A DNA stretch of 57,337 bases, the filler included, from Bipalium vagum (Eukaryota): assembly GCA_037834085.1 (NCBI GenBank). It is 3 parts of 3 records of this genome, joined end to end, with 100 filler letters (N's around TTAATTAATTAA, not from the genome) between each part and the next. Parts side by side here need not be neighbours in the genome. Positions count along the whole stretch, not along the records: positions 35,433 to 57,337 come from JBBMKC010229638.1; 2 more parts are not named here. One strand, 5' to 3'. Numbering within the stretch: the first letter of the stretch is position 1; each line of letters opens with the position of its first letter. Below are positions 53,876-57,337 of this stretch, one piece after another. The position numbers were made by a program, and so were the translations under genes. The notes under the pieces are model-generated. The model saw only the letters and a program-made list of their open reading frames with translations. It was not told the DNA's origin and did no database searches.

Positions 53876-54945
53876 TACAGTGCTCCAGATATTAATTGCC
53901 GCAAAATCAAGAAATCTTGATTATTTTTAAACTTATTTTATTTTAAATTTTCATAAAATTGATGAAAGTATTATTTAAATTAAGTTGTAATTTAACTAAA
54001 TTTAATTGGTTTATATAATTCAAAATTTTTGTTGACCATAATTAATTGTCGCACTAAATTGAATTTGGATTGTCTTTATCAATTTTAAATTTATACTTAA
54101 AATTTTTACAATATATAATAAGTGAGAATTAATGATTATAAAAATTATAAAGTAAACGGTTTAGTAAATTCTTACCAAATTTAACCAAAATGTCCGACAT
54201 TGAAAAAGAGATGATTAAGGCCTACCACGAAGCCGGAAAATCAAACAGATGGATCGGAAATAAGTTAAACAGAAAAGAAAGCTCTATAAGATATTATTTG
54301 AAAAATGGAGATAGCAAAAATCGTAAGCGTGGCCCAAAGACAAATATTTCGCCAAAAACGAAACGAATTGATTATTCGCAAAGCCAGCAATAAATCGATT
54401 TCAAACTCGACAATTAAACATGAACCGTGTTATCAATAATTCCCAAGTCTTAAAATACCAAAAATGATTGTGAAACCACCACTGAAAGTTGAATACAAAT
54501 TGAAGAGTTTGCAATGAGCGAAAACGAAAGTAGCATGGGGCGATGAATGGAAGCATGTCATCTGGAGTAATTTAATTTAGACACACCAGGTGGCCATGCA
54601 TACTATTGGCATGATTTGAGAAAAGAAAATATGCAATTTTCCAAAAGATACTCGGGTGGAGGATCTTTAATGATTTGGACCTGTTTCAATTTCAGTGACA
54701 GGTCGAGTCTGGATTCTGTTTCCCGCAATCTAAATCAATGTGGGTATCAGAGACTCCTGAAAGACAATCTACTACCGTTTATAAAAGATTTTGGCTGATT
54801 CAGTCTTGTCTTTCTGCAAGATAAATACAGGTGCCATGTATTTCGTTCAACTATGGAATGGCTAAAAGGCAAAAATATTGAAGTTATGTACTGGTCGCCG
54901 TACTCACCGGATCTAAATCCGGTAGAAAACTTATGGAAACAGGTG
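53876..54945 (+). mobile_element. Tc3-like Tc1-family element (degenerate, 3'-truncated)
   Basis: TA-CAGTG end; HTH MSDIEKEMIKAYHEAGKSNRWI; YYWHDLRKE...GGGSLMIW; WSPYSPDLNPVENLW. Confidence 0.88.
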
Positions 54946-55073
54946 CGGCTCACAAATACCATCTCTCTTACACGTCATTTAGTTATTTTAAAATTAAATT
55001 TGATATTTTAAGATTTAATTTTTTAATTTTAACGTCTATTCTTATTTTAGTTCTTTTTTAATTTTAGACAAGA

Positions 55074-55200
55074 ATGGTATCAATTTCAAATGAAATACGG
55101 AAATGTGTTATAGAGAGTTATGTAAAGGGTCATTCCATGAAACAAATAGCAGACCTTTTGGATTGTAAATACACAACTGTAGCATCAATTATTTTCAATT
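55074..55200 (+). mobile_element. Tc1/IS630-type HTH 5' fragment
   Basis: ISNEIRKCVIESYVKGHSMKQIADLLDCKYTTVASII. Confidence 0.6.
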
Positions 55201-55579
55201 TATGTAAAAGAAGATAGATATATAAAATATGTAGATATATAAAAATTGCATTCAAAATAGCTTTTATAAAGCTAAAATTATAAAACCTAACGAAGAAATA
55301 AATGAAGACTACTTATCTGAATCAACTGAAGAGAATTATACAAATGATGAAATCTCCGAAGAGCAGCTTCCTCAATCATTTCTTAATCTACTGTATTCAC
55401 TTGTTGTTCAATCAGAAGATGAATGTCAATAAAATCAAAATAAGTTGTATTTATTAAATATATATTTAAAAACTCTTACTCATTTTTTGTAATTTTGTAT
55501 TTTTTTGTTGTATAACACGGTGATATAATTTTTCAAAAATACTTAGTTTTTTTCTTGTATAACACGGGTGCTATACACA

Positions 55580-55825
55580 GGATTTTAGGTTATATTACTC
55601 CTGCAATGTGGCCTCCTAACTCCCCAGATTGCAATCCTCTAGACTATTATGTATGGGGCGCAGTTGAAAGGATAACAAATAAAACTGCCTGTGCCAATAA
55701 AGTCGAACTGAGATCAAGAATCTGTCAGGCATTTCATAATTTGTAATAAATATTTAAAATTATAACTTTTACAGTTGTTTTTCATTAATTCATTTTCCGC
55801 GCCAATTCTACTCGCTCACCCTGTA
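55580..55825 (+). mobile_element. maT/DD37D-like 3' end
   Basis: WPPNSPDCNPLDYYVWG; terminus ...CACCCTG-TA. Confidence 0.8.
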
Positions 55826-56118
55826 GTTCAAAGTTCCTGAGAAAAGCAACCGGTGGAAAAAATTGAGAATATATTTTTGTCGTTTCAAACAGCATTAGAA
55901 TCATCAATACTAGTTGAAGGTGGCAATACTTATAAATTACAACACATTGGTAAAGCTGCAAAGAGAAATGTTGGACGACTGTAATGTTAAACTACAGCCC
56001 AGAAGCGATCAAAACTTCCCAAAATTCTTTAAATACAAATTAATTAATCTACCATTTTAAATATTTGTTTATTTAATAAAATGCTAAAAAAAACAATCAT
56101 TTCTGAACAGAGGTAGTA
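55826..56118 (+). mobile_element. DD39D (Stowaway-related) mariner-like 3' end
   Basis: KIENIFLSFQ..LE....GGNTYKLQHIGK; terminus whose reverse complement is TA-CTACCTCTGTTC. Confidence 0.75.
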
Positions 56119-56160
56119 TTTTTTGTAAAAAGTGAATTATTTAAAATAATTTTAGTCGGC

Positions 56161-56700
56161 ATGGGAATGATATTAAAAAATACAGAAATGCGAACAATTT
56201 CTTATACGAATGGAAATTAATGCATCAGAAGCTGCCCAAAACGTCACTTTTGGGTTTGGATAAGCATCAGCTAATGAAAGAACTATTCGGAGGTGGTTCA
56301 AAAAATTTCAAAATGGTGATCTGATCGGGATGAGGGGTCATTAGCAACGACGATTTACTAAAACAGGTGGAGCTAAATACCAAACAATCAGTTCGAAAAC
56401 TAAGAAAAACATTAGCCATTAGTCGTCAGACCATTTCCCAACATATAAAGACATTGGAAAGAAAAAAAAAGATGGATCAATGGGTTCCTCATTTAATGAG
56501 TAACTCTCAAAAAAAGCAGAGATTGAAAATTTTCTAAATACTGCTGGATCGAATTGAAAGACCCATTTTTAAATCCCATCGTCACTTGTGATGAAAAATG
56601 GGTTATTCATTACAATCATAGACGTTCTGCTCAATGGTTAGATGCCGATCAAGCTCCGTTACATTTCGGATTTACACCCGAAAAAGACAATGTTACATTG
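56161..56700 (+). mobile_element. Hsmar1/cecropia-like mariner remnant
   Basis: ANERTIRRWFKKF, DQWVPHL, IVTCDEKWV..NHRRSAQWLD. Confidence 0.88.
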
Positions 56701-56755
56701 TAAAAGTAAGAATATTAATTAAATATTTATTTTTATTTTTCATTCTTTTCTAGAA

Positions 56756-56920
56756 ATGGTAGATCAACAAATTCGAATATGCATGCTATACGAGTTAAAA
56801 CTCAAACACAAGGCATCACAGGCAGCCGAAAAAATCAATGTTGCATGGGGGGAAGGCAGCACTAACATACGGACTACACAGCGATGGTTCAAAAAAATTC
56901 GGGATGGTAACTTCAACTTG
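56756..56920 (+). mobile_element. Mariner N-terminal fragment
   Basis: IRICMLYELKLKHKASQAAEKINVAWGEGSTNIRTTQRWFKK. Confidence 0.85.
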
Positions 56921-57189
56921 GTATAATAAAATATAATAATTTAAAATAATTACTTTAAGAATATTAACAATAAAAACATAATTATTAAATAAAATTTTAA
57001 AAAATAATGAAAACACTTGGGAAGTCTTATGTTTTCAACGTGAAATATTAATTAAAAAATAATAAGAATTAAAAAACCATTAATAGAAAAATTTTAATTT
57101 TTGAAAATAAATTAAATAAAAATGGCAACTAAATGTATCAGAATTATTTTTAATTGAATAAATACTTAAAATTATGAGGCTTGTATTTA

Positions 57190-57337
57190 ACATGCCAGTA
57201 TTTTTTTCATTTTTAGTCAGTATTTTAACTAATTTGTCAGTATTTATTATATAATGTAAGTATTTTCTATATCAGTATAACTGATGTCAGTAAAATAACT
57301 AAATTGTCAGTATTTTATTGAAAATGTCAGTATTTTA
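57190..57337. repeat. Cluster of short (G)TCAGTA(T/A) motifs
   Basis: About 7 copies of the CAGTA core with irregular AT-rich spacers, running off the window end. Confidence 0.6.

Overview
Very AT-rich eukaryotic (animal, probably protostome invertebrate) genomic DNA, made of three contigs joined by artificial 100-nt spacers (N44-TTAATTAATTAA-N44 at 19248-19347 and 35333-35432). Four host genes can be reconstructed by hand, all on the minus strand, with very short GT-AG introns (38-65 nt): a KIAA1143/DUF4604 homologue, an intronless KCTD8/12/16-type BTB protein, a divergent p70 S6 kinase with a probable 9-nt microexon, and the 3' catalytic half of a GALNT11/pgant35A-like GalNAc transferase that stops before the lectin domain. 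The rest is mostly transposon debris: a family of TG..CA solo LTRs sharing a covarying RNA hairpin plus a splice-donor-like motif, MITEs, a piggyBac with intact ends, and many mariner/Tc1/pogo/hAT/gypsy fragments. From about 42.6 kb to the end, about 18 of 19 recognisable fragments from many unrelated families lie on the + strand, which resembles a uni-strand piRNA cluster or an antisense-filtered large intron. All family calls come from motif recognition by eye; no database search was run.
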